The notes beneath the pieces were generated by a model. It saw nothing but the letters and a program-made list of their open reading frames with translations, was not told where the DNA came from and did not search any database. From Eledone cirrhosa (lineage: Eukaryota), in NCBI GenBank assembly GCA_964016885.1, contig OZ024740.1:271188001-271252000 (forward strand): a stretch of DNA of 64,000 nucleotides, written 5' to 3'. Numbering within the stretch: the first letter of the stretch is position 1; every line of letters begins with the position of its first letter. Below, piece by piece: positions 13,521-29,942 of this stretch. Both the position numbers and the translations under genes were made by a program.

Positions 13521-14510
13521 TGCCGTAGTAAATAGATTTAGAGCTGACTCGATCATGTCCATTGCACAATCGCTAACATTTGTAGAAAATATTGCATAGC
13601 AATATTCAGATAAATGGAAGAAGTTATTGTGGAATTTCAACAAGAACTAATCAATATTCTGCCAGAGTCTAAAAATATAGGGTATAATTAGGAAAACTTT
13701 CATCGAACTTAATATTTTGATAGAAAACAAAGCCTCGGATATGGTTTAAAAATTAAATCATTTTTGATCACAAGGAATAATTAGTTCCGAGTGATTAGGG
13801 CATAGTTTTATTTTGTTTGTTTGTTTTTTATTAATTTATTAATTATTAAATGTTAATTATCGTTGGACCATGCAAATAATTAGAAACCCTTTAATATTAA
13901 ATAATTTGAATTAAATTTTTGATGAAAATTATATAATTCATTAAAAGTCTGTTTTGTATTAATATAATTAGTAATTCAAGAAAGGTGTAGATTCTTGTTA
14001 TTGGAGTAGCGTGCACATATGTTTAGTTGTATGTGTGTCTGTGGTGTATATCTCCGTATGGGTGTGGGTATTGTGTGAATGTATGTTTGAGTGTCAACGT
14101 GAGTGTGTAAATGTGTGTGTGTGTGCATGTCGATGTACGTGGGTGTGGGTTTGTGATTGTATGTGGGTGAATAGCGTATGTTTGTGTATGTGGGTTTTGT
14201 AAGTGTGGGTGGGGTATGTGTGAGTGTCTCTTTCTCTCTTTTACTCTCCATTTCCCTCTCCCTCTATATATATATATAATTGTTTCTACCTTTTGGCACA
14301 AGGCCAGCAATTATCCAGTACATTACTGGTACTTTATTTTATCGACCCCGTAAGGATGAAAGGCAAAGTTAACCTCGGCGGGATTTGAACTCAGATCATA
14401 AAGGGACAAAACTATGCTAGAAAGCATGGCCTCTGGCCCTCTACCGATACTGCCAATTCACCACCCTTTATGATCAGAGCAAACAGCACGGACACTCTAT
14501 CTCAAAATTA

Positions 14511-14548
14511 TTTTTGAAAAGCATTTAGAAATGCGCAACCGGTAAAAA
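14511..14548 (+). ncRNA. Degenerate U3-A8 hammerhead motif (second family; relative at about 61551-61586)
   Basis: ttt TTGAAAA GCATT-taga-AATGC GCAA ccgg T A aaa. The GAAA box reads GCAA here and ACAA in the relative. Confidence 0.45.
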
Positions 14549-14665
14549 CTTAAAAACTTAAAACCACAACTGAATACTAACCCATACAATCACTAATACT
14601 ATTTTATTCCTAATTAAACCAATTTTCAACTGTGAACAATTTGTCAGCATTTTCTATTCCGTTTA

Positions 14666-14736
<71 letters not shown>

Positions 14737-14744
14737 ATATATAT

Positions 14745-14800
<56 letters not shown>

Positions 14801-15139
14801 TCTAGCAATAATTCTTTCATGTTCTATCTGGTTAAATGGCTTCACCCTCTCTCTGTAATTATCGAGTCCGTTGATGAAGTTCTGACAGTATTGGCTTGCA
14901 TTATGCTGCTACTATATTCGGCAAGCTGCAAATTGCACTTATCGAGGCTTACTGATTTGACAGAAACCTCGGGGTCCGGACAACCACATGCAACTGCCAC
15001 AATATCAATATACGCCTTGTTAGCACACTGTCGCACGTTCGCTCGATATACGTTTAAACCATATCTCATTGAGAGAGTAATTGTAAGCAATCGAGATTAT
15101 AGTGAATATATTAGCTAAAACATCGTCAATATATATATG

Positions 15140-15200
<61 letters not shown>

Positions 15201-15209
15201 ACACACACG

Positions 15210-15241
<32 letters not shown>

Positions 15242-15355
15242 ACGGAGGAAATGTGGTAAGGAACCAGGTAGACCATAACGCACCAAACTACTCAATACTT
15301 AGGGTAGTAGAGTGGGTAATAGGAACCAGTAAGACCCCGGGGTCTTACTGGTTCC

Positions 15356-15386
<31 letters not shown>

Positions 15387-15411
15387 ATATATATGTTTAT
15401 ATATATATATG

Positions 15412-15646
<235 letters not shown>

Positions 15647-16288
15647 TATAGAAATGGCTTCTACAGGACTAGAACTTCTACAGGGTCGGACGCTATGCTT
15701 GGCAGCAAAGAGTTACGGCCCTTTATGATCTGAGTTCAAATCCCGTCGAGGTTAACTTTGCTTTCATCGTTACGGGGTCGGTAAAATAAAGTACCAGTAA
15801 TACACTGGGATAATTGCTGGCCTTGTGCCCAAAGTAGAAACAATTACTTATTGCACCACTAAGGTTTTCCTTTTTTTCCCCCTCTTTTCCTTTTTTCCTT
15901 TTTTCTGCAATTCTTCTTGTGCTTGTTTACGTAAAAACCCCATGTTTTTGCTTTTCTGTGTCTATGGAAGCACGTAACCGCTGTTTTTTATTAAGTTTTT
16001 TCATAAGAACCGTTTAATGCTTTCGCCTTGTCACAACCTCCTTTCACAAGCTCCTTTGTTATGATTTGGGTATCTACTTCAAATATAACATTTATATAAT
16101 TCGATTCATACACTGGAGTACTGATTTTTTCTTTTTCTTTACTTCACTGCATCTTCTGTTTTTAGCACACCTTTCGTCGCTTTTTAATGTAATAACACCT
16201 GACATGATGTTTTTGGCTTTGTGAGTCTGACATGTATTATAAGGTCACCTTTTGCTTGTTTCTATTTGAATGATTACAACAACATCTA

Positions 16289-16379
16289 TGCTCCTGAAGA
16301 TATGCAGAACAGCGGACCGGCACCCAGTATATCTTTTGAGACACGGTCCGTCCTTCTGCATTGAAACGTTCGTAGAGTA
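16289..16379 (+). ncRNA. Type I hammerhead ribozyme motif, sense-strand, 86 nt upstream of exon e
   Basis: tgctc CTGAAGA t ATGCAGAA..GCGGACCG...CGGTCCGT..TTCTGCAT t GAAA cgttcg T A gagta. Confidence 0.8.
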
Positions 16380-16464
16380 AAATTATGTTGTAAATCTTAA
16401 CTGATTATTCATTGTTATTTTATCAATATATACATATATATATATATATATATATCAATTTCAG

Positions 16465-16631
16465 ATGTCCCGGTTATTCAAGCATCCCTACAACTTGTCA
16501 CTTGAAACCAGATCCGAAAGATCCAAAATGCTGTAAAATGCCTGACTGTCAAAATAGTAATAAAGTTATTCCGTTGCGAAGTCTGAGGAATGGCTTTGGC
16601 AAGTCTCTTCATCCAATACGTTCTCAACAAA
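16465..16631 (+). CDS. Exon e: second half of VWC module CPGYSSIPTTCHLKPDPKDPKCCKMPDC plus basic linker
   Basis: tttcag| acceptor and A|gtaagt donor. 167 nt, phase 2 to 1. Confidence 0.92.
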
Positions 16632-17489
16632 GTAAGTTCTCATTTAATATAGCTTAGCATTGTATTTAAGGACGATGGATTGGCAGTATCGGTAGAGCGT
16701 CGGACACCATGATTTGCAACATAGAATTACAGTCTTGTACGGTATGAGTTTAAATCCCGCCGAGGTTAGCTTTGCCTTTAATCCTTACAGGGGTTAATAA
16801 AATAAAGCATTGGGGTCGATTTAATCAACTTTCCCCTCCTCCCCCTCTCCCCCCCCCCCTCCCCCCCAAACTACTGACCTTGTACCTATAGTAGAAATGA
16901 TTATATTTGAAACACTTATGACCCTTTACTTTCTGAAGTCAAATCCCGCCGGTGTTAGTTTTGCCTTTAGTCATTACGCGGTGGATAAAATAAAGTACCA
17001 GTAACACACCGGTGTCGATTTAATTGGCTCCCATCGCCCAACAAAATTGTTGACATTGAGCCTAAATCAGAAACCATTATCTTTTAAAAACTTCAATAAT
17101 TTTTTTTTTTTTTTAGTTTTGCAAGTTATTTCGATATACATCCCTATTATTTCAAACACACCTCTATTATTCTTAACGCTGTCTTAGTGCAATTGCCAAT
17201 TAATTATAAACTATATGCAAATGATCATTTCCAGCCGATGTTTTTATTTGCTTTATGGAAATGAACATCTCCAACAATTGTTCATTATGCAAAATCTATA
17301 TAGGCTCAAGTCTATTTTCATCTCAGTACCGGTTGAATGAGTGTCATTAATGAGAGATTAACAAATCTTGAAACAGTTGTCTGGCATTTTCAACGGCTAC
17401 TGAAATATCCGTGGAATGTTGACAGAACAAAACAGAAAAAAATTATTTTATTATAAAATATATTTCTTTGATAGCGAAGCTCTCAAATG

Positions 17490-17563
<74 letters not shown>

Positions 17564-17594
17564 CTCTCTCTCTCCCTCTCTCTCTATCTATCTA

Positions 17595-17668
<74 letters not shown>

Positions 17669-17733
17669 TACATAGAGAGGGGGGATAAGAAAATGCGAAG
17701 TAGTTTCAGATGTTAAAGTCCCTTATTGATAAG

Positions 17734-17811
17734 GCTGTGATACATATTTCAATGACGACAGTGGCCACGCCGTAAATCCGCCTAACCCGTGCCATGATCT
17801 CATCAGACAGC
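17734..17811 (-). ncRNA. Type I hammerhead ribozyme motif
   Basis: gctgt CTGATGA GAT c ATGGCA...TGTCGT c ATT GAAA tatgta T C acagc. Confidence 0.8.
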
Positions 17812-17923
17812 TTCTTACATAATAAAGTTACGTTCTGAAGGCATTCCAAATTACGACAAGGGAAGAGATAACGATGATGTTCTTGAAAGCTTCACCCGTT
17901 CCCTTGTGAGCCCTAATTTTCCT

Positions 17924-21250
<3,327 letters not shown>

Positions 21251-21298
21251 ATATATATATATGGTATATGCTTTCACATATACCCCTGTTATGCTCCA

Positions 21299-21362
<64 letters not shown>

Positions 21363-21367
<5 letters not shown>

Positions 21368-21522
21368 TAATAATAACTTTGAAGACTAAAATCCAAAGAG
21401 GGCTCGATAAGGATAAATATATATCAAATATATAAGAACCGTAGAGCAAATATTTATTAAAATAACAGATTAAAGTTTAAGCAAAGAATCGATGCTTTCA
21501 CCCTTAACGGGATCTTCTGAAA
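21363..21522 (-). mobile_element. 3'-terminal pseudo-LTR fragment of the same Penelope family, truncated just upstream of the hammerhead core
   Basis: Near-identical to the reverse complement of 4164-4322. Confidence 0.85.
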
Positions 21523-21539
21523 ATATATCTTATAAATAA

Positions 21540-21577
<38 letters not shown>

Positions 21578-21666
21578 TATATGCTTTCACGTATACCCCC
21601 CCCCCCCCCCTAATGTTCCATGATATATATATATATGTATATATATAAATATATATATATATATAT

Positions 21667-21699
<33 letters not shown>

Positions 21700-21769
21700 A
21701 AGGGAGAGAGAGAAATAGAGAGAGAGAGGGAGAGAGAAAGAGAGAGGTGTGCGTTGAAGTGAATGTATT

Positions 21770-21809
<40 letters not shown>

Positions 21810-22179
21810 CAAACACACACACATATATATATACATAAATACATTCACTCCAACGCATCCCTCTCTCTTTCTCTCTCCCTCTCTCTCTCTCTCTCTCTCC
21901 CTCCCTCTCTCTCTCTTTCTTTCTCTCTCTCTATATATATATATATGTAGTGTATGAGTGTACGTATATTTGTTTGTGTGTGTGTATATAAATTTCATTT
22001 GAATTCACTTTGTCACTCTGGCGTTATTCTAATTTTCTCTTATTTACACCTTTCTTGAAGTGACGTCAATTACGCGTGTTCATTTGTAGTTCTTCTGTTA
22101 GTTACCCTTGGCACTGAGCCACATATCTGAAGAGAAACTTGTGTAAACACTTGTATTGTTTTTAGTGTAACAGTAGCGC

Positions 22180-22236
<57 letters not shown>

Positions 22237-22611
22237 CACAGATAAATCCACCAATTAATGGTAGGGTCTAAGCCGTATGAAGAACTCAATGTAATCCGTA
22301 TGTAGAAGATGTGAGGCAAAGTTTAAAATACAACATTTTCAACGATATAATTCATTGGATACAGAGTCAAAAATACAAATAGTAAAACAATGAAATTAAA
22401 CAAAAATTGGTTAATTCATAGTAAAACTCATTATTTTACGATCGTTTCTGGGGGGTAGTTTCCCGTATGTTCATTCTATTATTGATCTATGTAAAATATA
22501 TTACAAAATATCATAGTAAGAAAATATACATACGTCTTCACTACCCGCCATATGCATACGTCTTCACTACATATTTATATTTAAATATATATATATATAT
22601 TTAAATATATA

Positions 22612-22690
<79 letters not shown>

Positions 22691-22869
22691 GTGAGGGTTT
22701 TTTTACAAAATAAAAAATAACCGAGGTGTCCTACACGAGTGAAAGTATAAAGAAAAAAAGATGAATTCGAAAATGCAACTGGAGTCTTATTTTTTTTTAA
22801 ATATATATATTTATTTGGTTCCTTTACCGGTTTCGCAGTTCTTCTGCTTTTCAAAAGTAGAGTTGAGAC

Positions 22870-22994
<125 letters not shown>

Positions 22995-23052
22995 AAGGCT
23001 CTGATACCATCAACACTATAAACACAGAGCTGGCATATCTAAGAACTGACTA

Positions 23053-23108
23053 ACTGCCTGATGAGGTCATAGCCATTCAATGGCTATCATCGAAATATAT
23101 ATAGCAGT
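23053..23108 (+). ncRNA. Type I hammerhead ribozyme motif
   Basis: actgc CTGATGA GGT c ATAGCCAT-tca-ATGGCTAT c ATC GAAA tatata T A gcagt. AATAAA at 23110. Confidence 0.85.
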
Positions 23109-23331
23109 AAATAAAGGATTATGAGTTCATGCAATTGACTTATGTTTCGTCACTATATATATATAAATGTTCGGTGAATCCATACGTACATGTATATATG
23201 TGTGCATGTATGTATATATATATACATACTACTGTACGTCTGTATACATATATGTATGTACGTATACATACTTATATTTTAAGTAACAGCCGTACTAAGA
23301 GTGAGTTGCTTAAACTTTAATCTGTTATTTA

Positions 23332-23407
<76 letters not shown>

Positions 23408-23411
<4 letters not shown>

Positions 23412-24335
23412 TTAGTAATAAATGTGAAGACTAAAATCCAAAGAGGGCTCGATAAGGATAAATATATATCAAATATATAAGAACCGTAGACCAAATATTT
23501 ATTAAAATAACAGATTAAAGTTTAAGTAAAGAATCACTGCTTTCACCCTTGACGGGATCTTCTGAAACTAAAAAAATCAATCTGTGAACGCAGAAGTAAA
23601 TATTTCGAAAAACGTTGCAGCCAAAGGAAAACAGGAAGACGATACTTTGGTTCGTGAAGACGTTCCCTGGCAATGAACGGAAAAAAAACGAAGATAATAC
23701 GTCGTTATGTGGAGCGCTGAGAATAAAAACACGCAACGTCGACGTTTATGGTATAAATGGAGTCGTAGACTAATATTCTATTTATGTGTATTTGGTGTAT
23801 ATGTTCGTATGTGTGCGGGTATATGTGTCGCGCGGGTTTATGTACGTGTGCGCGTGTTTATATGTACGTGCACGTATATGCATGCATGGCGGGTGTTTTC
23901 GCGTAGGCACATATATGTACGTATATAGATGTGTGTATGTATATATTTAATTATTATTACTTTTATGATTTTAATAACCACTGTCATTTTCGTTCTACTA
24001 ATTTATTTACATGATTTTTAACTCCAAAGCCTAGAATCATTCGGTTTCCTAAATAGATTATTAGTCTACGACTCCATTTATACCATAAACGTGGTCTTTG
24101 CGTGTATTTATTCTCCTAAATCCACATAACGACGTATTATCTTCGTTTTTTTTTCGTTCATTGCCAGGGAACGTCTTCACGAACCAAAGTATCGTCTTCC
24201 TGTTTTCCTTCGGTTGCAACGTTTTTCGAAATATTTACTTCTGCGTTCACAAATTGATTTTTTTAGTTTCAGAAGATCCCGTTAAGGGTGAAAGGAGCGA
24301 TTCTTTGCTTAAACTTTAATCTGTTATTTTAATAT
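23408..24335. mobile_element. Non-coding inverted pair of Penelope pseudo-LTRs (same family as 993-4325)
   Basis: 23505-23780 and 24058-24333 are reverse complements, both similar to 1000-1560. Extra tail at 23408-23500. Flanked by (TA)n. Confidence 0.88.
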
Positions 24336-25359
24336 ATATATAGGCGAATTGGCAGTCTGAGTTCAAATCCTGACTTGGTCAACTTTGCTTGTCATCCTTT
24401 CGAGGTCGATAAAAAAAAGTAGCAATCCAGTACTGGGGTCGATCTCCCAAGAAGAATAGAAAAGAATAGAAAAAATCGGCTGTATTCAGGCCTAGAGAGG
24501 GTTGAGCTCCGCCAGGTTTAAAAGTGCCCTAGATATGCTCTATGACGGTGCTTCTACTTCACAAGGAGTTATAGGATCTTTGTTCTTTATCCTCATATAT
24601 ATATATATATACTATCATTAAGACTAGAACTATAACGAAGACATAACAGGCCAGCTTTATATATTATATTTGGGGTGTTATGTCTACATTGTAGTACTGG
24701 TCTTAATGATATATATAAAAACTCGCCTCAGACTGGCGTGAAGCGAGTGAGAGTACAATACACCCCCTGGATAGAACGTCAGTCCATCGCAGGGTTAAAC
24801 CCCAGCTATTGCTAGTACTCATTTTCAGCTAAGTATACTGGAGCAACGTGAAATGAAGTGTTTTGCTCAAGAACACAACATGCAACGCAGCCCAGGAATC
24901 GCACCCATGATATAATGATCGTAAGTCCAACACTCTTTTGATTTACATATAATAAATCATAAGGCGGCGAATTGGCAGAGTCGTTAGAACTTCAGACAGA
25001 ATGCTTTGCGGTAATTTTTTCGACTCTCTGCTCTCTGAGTTCAAATCCCGCCGAAGTCAACTTTGCCTTTCATCCTTTTGAGGTCGATAAAAAAAGTACC
25101 AGTCTTGTACTGGTGTCGATTCTTCCTCTATATCTCTTTCTCATTTATCTATCTATCCTTCTCTGAAAGAAATCTGCTGTATTCAGACCTGGAGAGAGAT
25201 GGGCTCCGCCAGGTTTTAAAAGGCCCTAGAAACGCCGTATGCCAATATAGCGCATCTGCGACTCTTTTAGGAGTTACGGGATCATGTCATGCCATAATAA
25301 ATCATAACTATAATAAAATAACCAAATCTATTGCTTTCTTTCGTTTCCTTTCATGTCAG

Positions 25360-25474
25360 ATGTTTGTTTGTTTAATCAAACAACCTACCAACAAGGAGAG
25401 AAATGGAACGTTGGTTGTCAAATGGAATGTGAATGCACAAATGCTAAAAAGCAACAGTTCAAATGTCAGTCAAG
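25360..25474 (+). CDS. Exon f: first half of VWC module NVCLFNQTTYQQGEKWNVGCQMECECTNAKKQQFKCQSR
   Basis: Polypyrimidine tract plus tcag| acceptor, AG|gtgggc donor. 115 nt, phase 1 to 2, followed by a 92-nt intron. Confidence 0.9.
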
Positions 25475-25566
25475 GTGGGCAAATTTGATTAAAATATGAT
25501 CGATGTGGGAGTGAAAAAAAAAGTTTGTATTATTCAGAGTTATACAAAACTCTCAATTTTCTTCAG

Positions 25567-25763
25567 ATGTAACCAATATTTCTCAGTTCCCACCAATTGT
25601 CAAGAAATAAGTGTCAACAACAGCTGTTGTCCACAACTTCAGTGTACATCTACTCCAATGTGCAGGGATCTTGCAAGTGTATGCCAAAGTGCAGGACAAC
25701 AGATTTGCCATGGAAACTTTAAAGACTTTGCATTGATAAATTGCCGTAAGACATGTGGACATT
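25567..25763 (+). CDS. Exon g: second half of VWC module plus ShKT domain 1 (CRDLASVCQSAGQQICHGNFKDFALINCRKTCGH-C)
   Basis: ttcttcag| acceptor and T|gtaagt donor. 197 nt, phase 2 to 1. CxD...C...C...CxKTCGxC ShK pattern. Confidence 0.92.
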
Positions 25764-26416
25764 GTAAGTATTATTTCTTTTTCTGAAATTTCATGTTTAC
25801 AAAGGCTTAAGAAAGCCGGTTTCTTCAAAAACATTTATCTAGTCACTTAAATATTGCATAAATATATTAGATATCTAGTCACTTAAATATTGCATAAATA
25901 TATTAGATATCTAGAATGATTAAATTCCAATAAACAATTCACTATATTTGAATAAATTATAGACTAAACTATAAATCACGATGTTCTATAGAATATATTT
26001 TAAAGTTATAAAGATGCATACGTTGGTCGACTGAAAAATTCATAGGCTGATTAAGATACTCTCATGGAATGACCAAATGAGGTTTACTTTTCAACAGAGA
26101 CCCTGGAAAGAAACAATGCAGTTATAATAAGAAGACTTAAAATTAATGCATGCAAGATTTCACAGCTCTAGCATCAATCCTTCATAGTAAGCCTATGAAC
26201 GTTTCAGCCCATATATATATATATATAAGAGAAACGTCCCAATAATAAATTGCTGAACAGTATCTATCAATTCTTAAAATCAAAGACACGCAGGCGAAAG
26301 GCTTTCATATACTACAAGCGCACACACAGTCATTCCTTCATGGTCAGCCTATGAACTTTTCAGCCGATCCTCGTCTATCTTAATATGTTCATATTTTCCC
26401 AATCAAAATATATATA

Positions 26417-26493
26417 CAGGCCGTCCCAAAAAATGTATACACATATTTATGAGAATGCTGTTGAAGTGTGTATACACTTTGGGGGACACCCTG
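26417..26493. mobile_element. 77-bp Tc1/mariner-type MITE
   Basis: CAGG..GTCCCAAAAA.TGTATACAC / GTGTATACACTTTGGGGGACACCCTG TIRs with TA flanks. Confidence 0.7.
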
Positions 26494-27402
26494 TATATTT
26501 ACATTGCGAACTCTTGTTTTAACTTACTTTCGATTATTGGTATCTTTAAAACTATACCTATTGTAATGACGTTATCAATAGAAGATAAACAGTTCTTATA
26601 ACCTCTGATAAAAATGAACCATAATTGCTGTTAACTATTACTTCGATCACTGTAAATAGTAAAGTAGGCCTGTCAGCAGGTAGTTTCTAGGGACGTTATT
26701 CACGAGATCAGATCCTTGTTGTAACCTGTGGTGATATTCAACTGGAAAACCACTGTCACTTGTGTGCTCTATTAAACAGTGGCACAAGGGGAAGACCAAA
26801 GGGATCGTGCTAGAAATAGTATTCCAAATCTCCTTTAAACTATGTTCTAGACTAGAACACGTTGGATAATGTAGTTTTACATAATCTTTAAATGTAGTCT
26901 TAGATAATCTCTAAATGTAGTCTTACATAATCTCTAAATGTAGTCTAACATAATCTCTAAAAAGACGAGATGATAACGCCTGGAATGCCTTTGATTATAG
27001 CTCTATTCAATCGGGCCAATCTAGGAGATAAACATCCACAAATAATGGCACACTGCGATGGCAGAGGAAGTTTGAAGCAGCACATCAAGAAATAGAAGTA
27101 TCCTCAGACCAGTGAATGGTCTGAATGCTTGCAACAAAGTAGATATGACCAAAGACACCCAGGCGGAGTTGGCTACCTGAAAGAGCGAGCCCCCGTGAGT
27201 TGGAGTGACTGTTTTAGCACGTCTCCCTCGCGGGGATCGTCTTCTCCGTTCTGTCTGCCTGTGGCCACGGGGCGAACTAACCCTTAAACAGTGAGATGTT
27301 GAACATGAGAAATATTTATGTATTATATATACTTTAGTAAAGTATTTTGTAACTTATCAGCAAACCTCTGACCATGACTACTCAGCAACTTCAATTACTA
27401 CT

Positions 27403-27433
<31 letters not shown>

Positions 27434-28573
27434 CCATCATCGTTCGAATACAGTTACAGATTGGCCACCATCTCCTTCCCCATTTCGGCTTTTATAATCA
27501 GTCATGGTTTTAACCCTGGTCACCGGGGGAATTTGAAACTCTGAGCAAAATTTTAACACAGAAAGCTAAATTCAGGAACAGATACCGCAAGGCATCTCGT
27601 CTAATAAATCTACCAATCTACTGCCATTAACTGGTTCTTTATTTTATCAACCTCAAAAGAATGAAAGGTAAAGATGACCGCAGTGGGATCTGAATTCAGG
27701 GCTCAAAGAGTCCGAATAAATATTATAGAATATTCCATCAGACACCTAAATGACTCTGTCAATTCGTCGCCATTAACTACTACTACCATTTGTTTAATAT
27801 ATGGTTTGTCACGAAAATACATTCATTATCTTCCTAATTATATTCCTTTTCTTCCTTAATATATTCACTCTGACTTCTAAATATTCAACACATGATGAAG
27901 ACACAATGAAATGAAATATTATTCTTAGCTCCTACATTCTATCTGGCCTCTAGATTTATTGCATCTTTTATTTATCTGACAATACTCATAACCAGCTTGC
28001 ATATAAACACTGATAATAAAATATGCAATTGAAAGCAATTTTTGCCCCTAAAAATATGATTCATGGAATCCTTCATTTATATAATCATAATATATATGTC
28101 CATTTAAAATCATAGACGCGGACACGGTTACGTGGAGTTTAGTAGTTCTGTTGGTAATCATTTATTTCTAAATTTAATCCCATTGCGTGATTTCTTGAAC
28201 AAATAATTTCTATCGTGGCTTCGAGTCGATGAAAACATTTCTCTCTGTTTGTGAAATTAGGTACCTGAAAGCTGTGCAGAAGCTTGTCGGATGAACTGTA
28301 CTCGCCTCTTCTTGTGTAGTAGACTTAAACAATCGCTCGGTTTAGCTCCACGGCTTAACCCTTTAGTAGCTATAGTAGAGTCCGTTCATCTGTGAGTGTT
28401 CGCGTCAGGTTCGAGCCGAAAATAATTCCTTCCACCAACATACATCAGACACCCAGTAAACATCATTTGTTTTAGGTTTGGGGTTTTGGCTGTTTGTATT
28501 TCAATACAAAATAATTTGGATGTTAAATGAAAAAATATATATAAACTGATCTTTCATTATTTTTTCTTCTTAG

Positions 28574-28603
28574 GTGGTAATGGTGCACCAATTACAACAG
28601 CTC
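28574..28603 (+). CDS. Exon h: 30-nt micro-exon (C)GNGAPITTA
   Basis: Strong ttttttcttcttag| acceptor and C|gtaagt donor. Phase 1 to 1. Its first two bases (GT) complete the TGT codon for the last ShKT cysteine. Confidence 0.8.
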
Positions 28604-28974
28604 GTAAGTAATTTTCTTCTACTAATTAATGCTTCATGTATGTATCTCTTTGACAATATGATATGTGTTTAGACATGTTTGTGAAAGTTATGCGTATTGT
28701 GAGAAAGATATAGGGAAAGAAACGAGAAGGAGGACAGGGCTGAAAGAAAAAGTATGATTATAGTTCTATGTTTGAAATGTAAGGATTATTAAAATTATGA
28801 ATCATGAACCCAGACCGTACGATTTGGAGATTTGCTTCAGTCACATTCTGGTTTCGATCTCCCTCTGCAGTACGGTTCAGTAGCCCTGGGTCAGCCAAAG
28901 CCTTGTGAGGAAAACGTGGTTGGAAAAAACACACGCATACACACATACGCACAGACGCACACACACACACACAC

Positions 28975-29096
<122 letters not shown>

Positions 29097-29261
29097 ATAT
29101 TTGGGGAGGGTCATGTTGTCATAATATTGCCAGAAATAATAATAAAACACACTCACTGTTTGGTTTGGATTGGTTTTCGCTTATGTATCTTTTATATCTC
29201 CGTAGTTAATTTATCTGGTAATCAATGTTTATCATTGATTGACCAACGCTTAAAAATACAG

Positions 29262-29324
<63 letters not shown>

Positions 29325-29325
29325 C

Positions 29326-29369
29326 TATCAAAGTTCTTTCGTCACACATCTATGACATCATCAGTGATA
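29326..29369 (-). ncRNA. Minimal type I hammerhead motif
   Basis: tatca CTGATGA t GTCATA-gatg-TGTGAC GAAA gaac T T tgata. Confidence 0.72.
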
Positions 29370-29417
29370 CTATTATGTTTCCTCCTGTTGTATTGTAATG
29401 TCTACGCCAATTTTATT

Positions 29418-29472
<55 letters not shown>

Positions 29473-29478
29473 TTCTTG

Positions 29479-29514
<36 letters not shown>

Positions 29515-29847
29515 GTGTAGGTAGTATGGTGAAATACTGGTGTTGGTACCAAATCAAGCACTCTATGCACAGGCAGAGTGTATATAATAGAAAAAAACGA
29601 GGAATTTTCGTTTACATATGAAAAATATTTATTGCGTATCGACCTGTTACGCGCGTTTCGCAGAGGATTAGCTCAAGGTGACCCATAGGAGTTATGGACC
29701 CGACTCCGAGCTCAGCCGTCGGGATTCTGAAAATATTTTCATATATAGTATATATAGTTTATTCAGGATCTTCTGGCCTGCGTTTTTTAATTGATATATC
29801 TCAGTTTCAGAAGATCCTGCTTAAACTTTTAATTTGTGCTAATAATA

Positions 29848-29942
<95 letters not shown>

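Noticed and set aside
14805-15130. Unique 320-bp segment between microsatellites with ORFs on both strands
   Set aside because: No domain, splice pattern or ribozyme fold found. Probably an unclassified repeat fragment.
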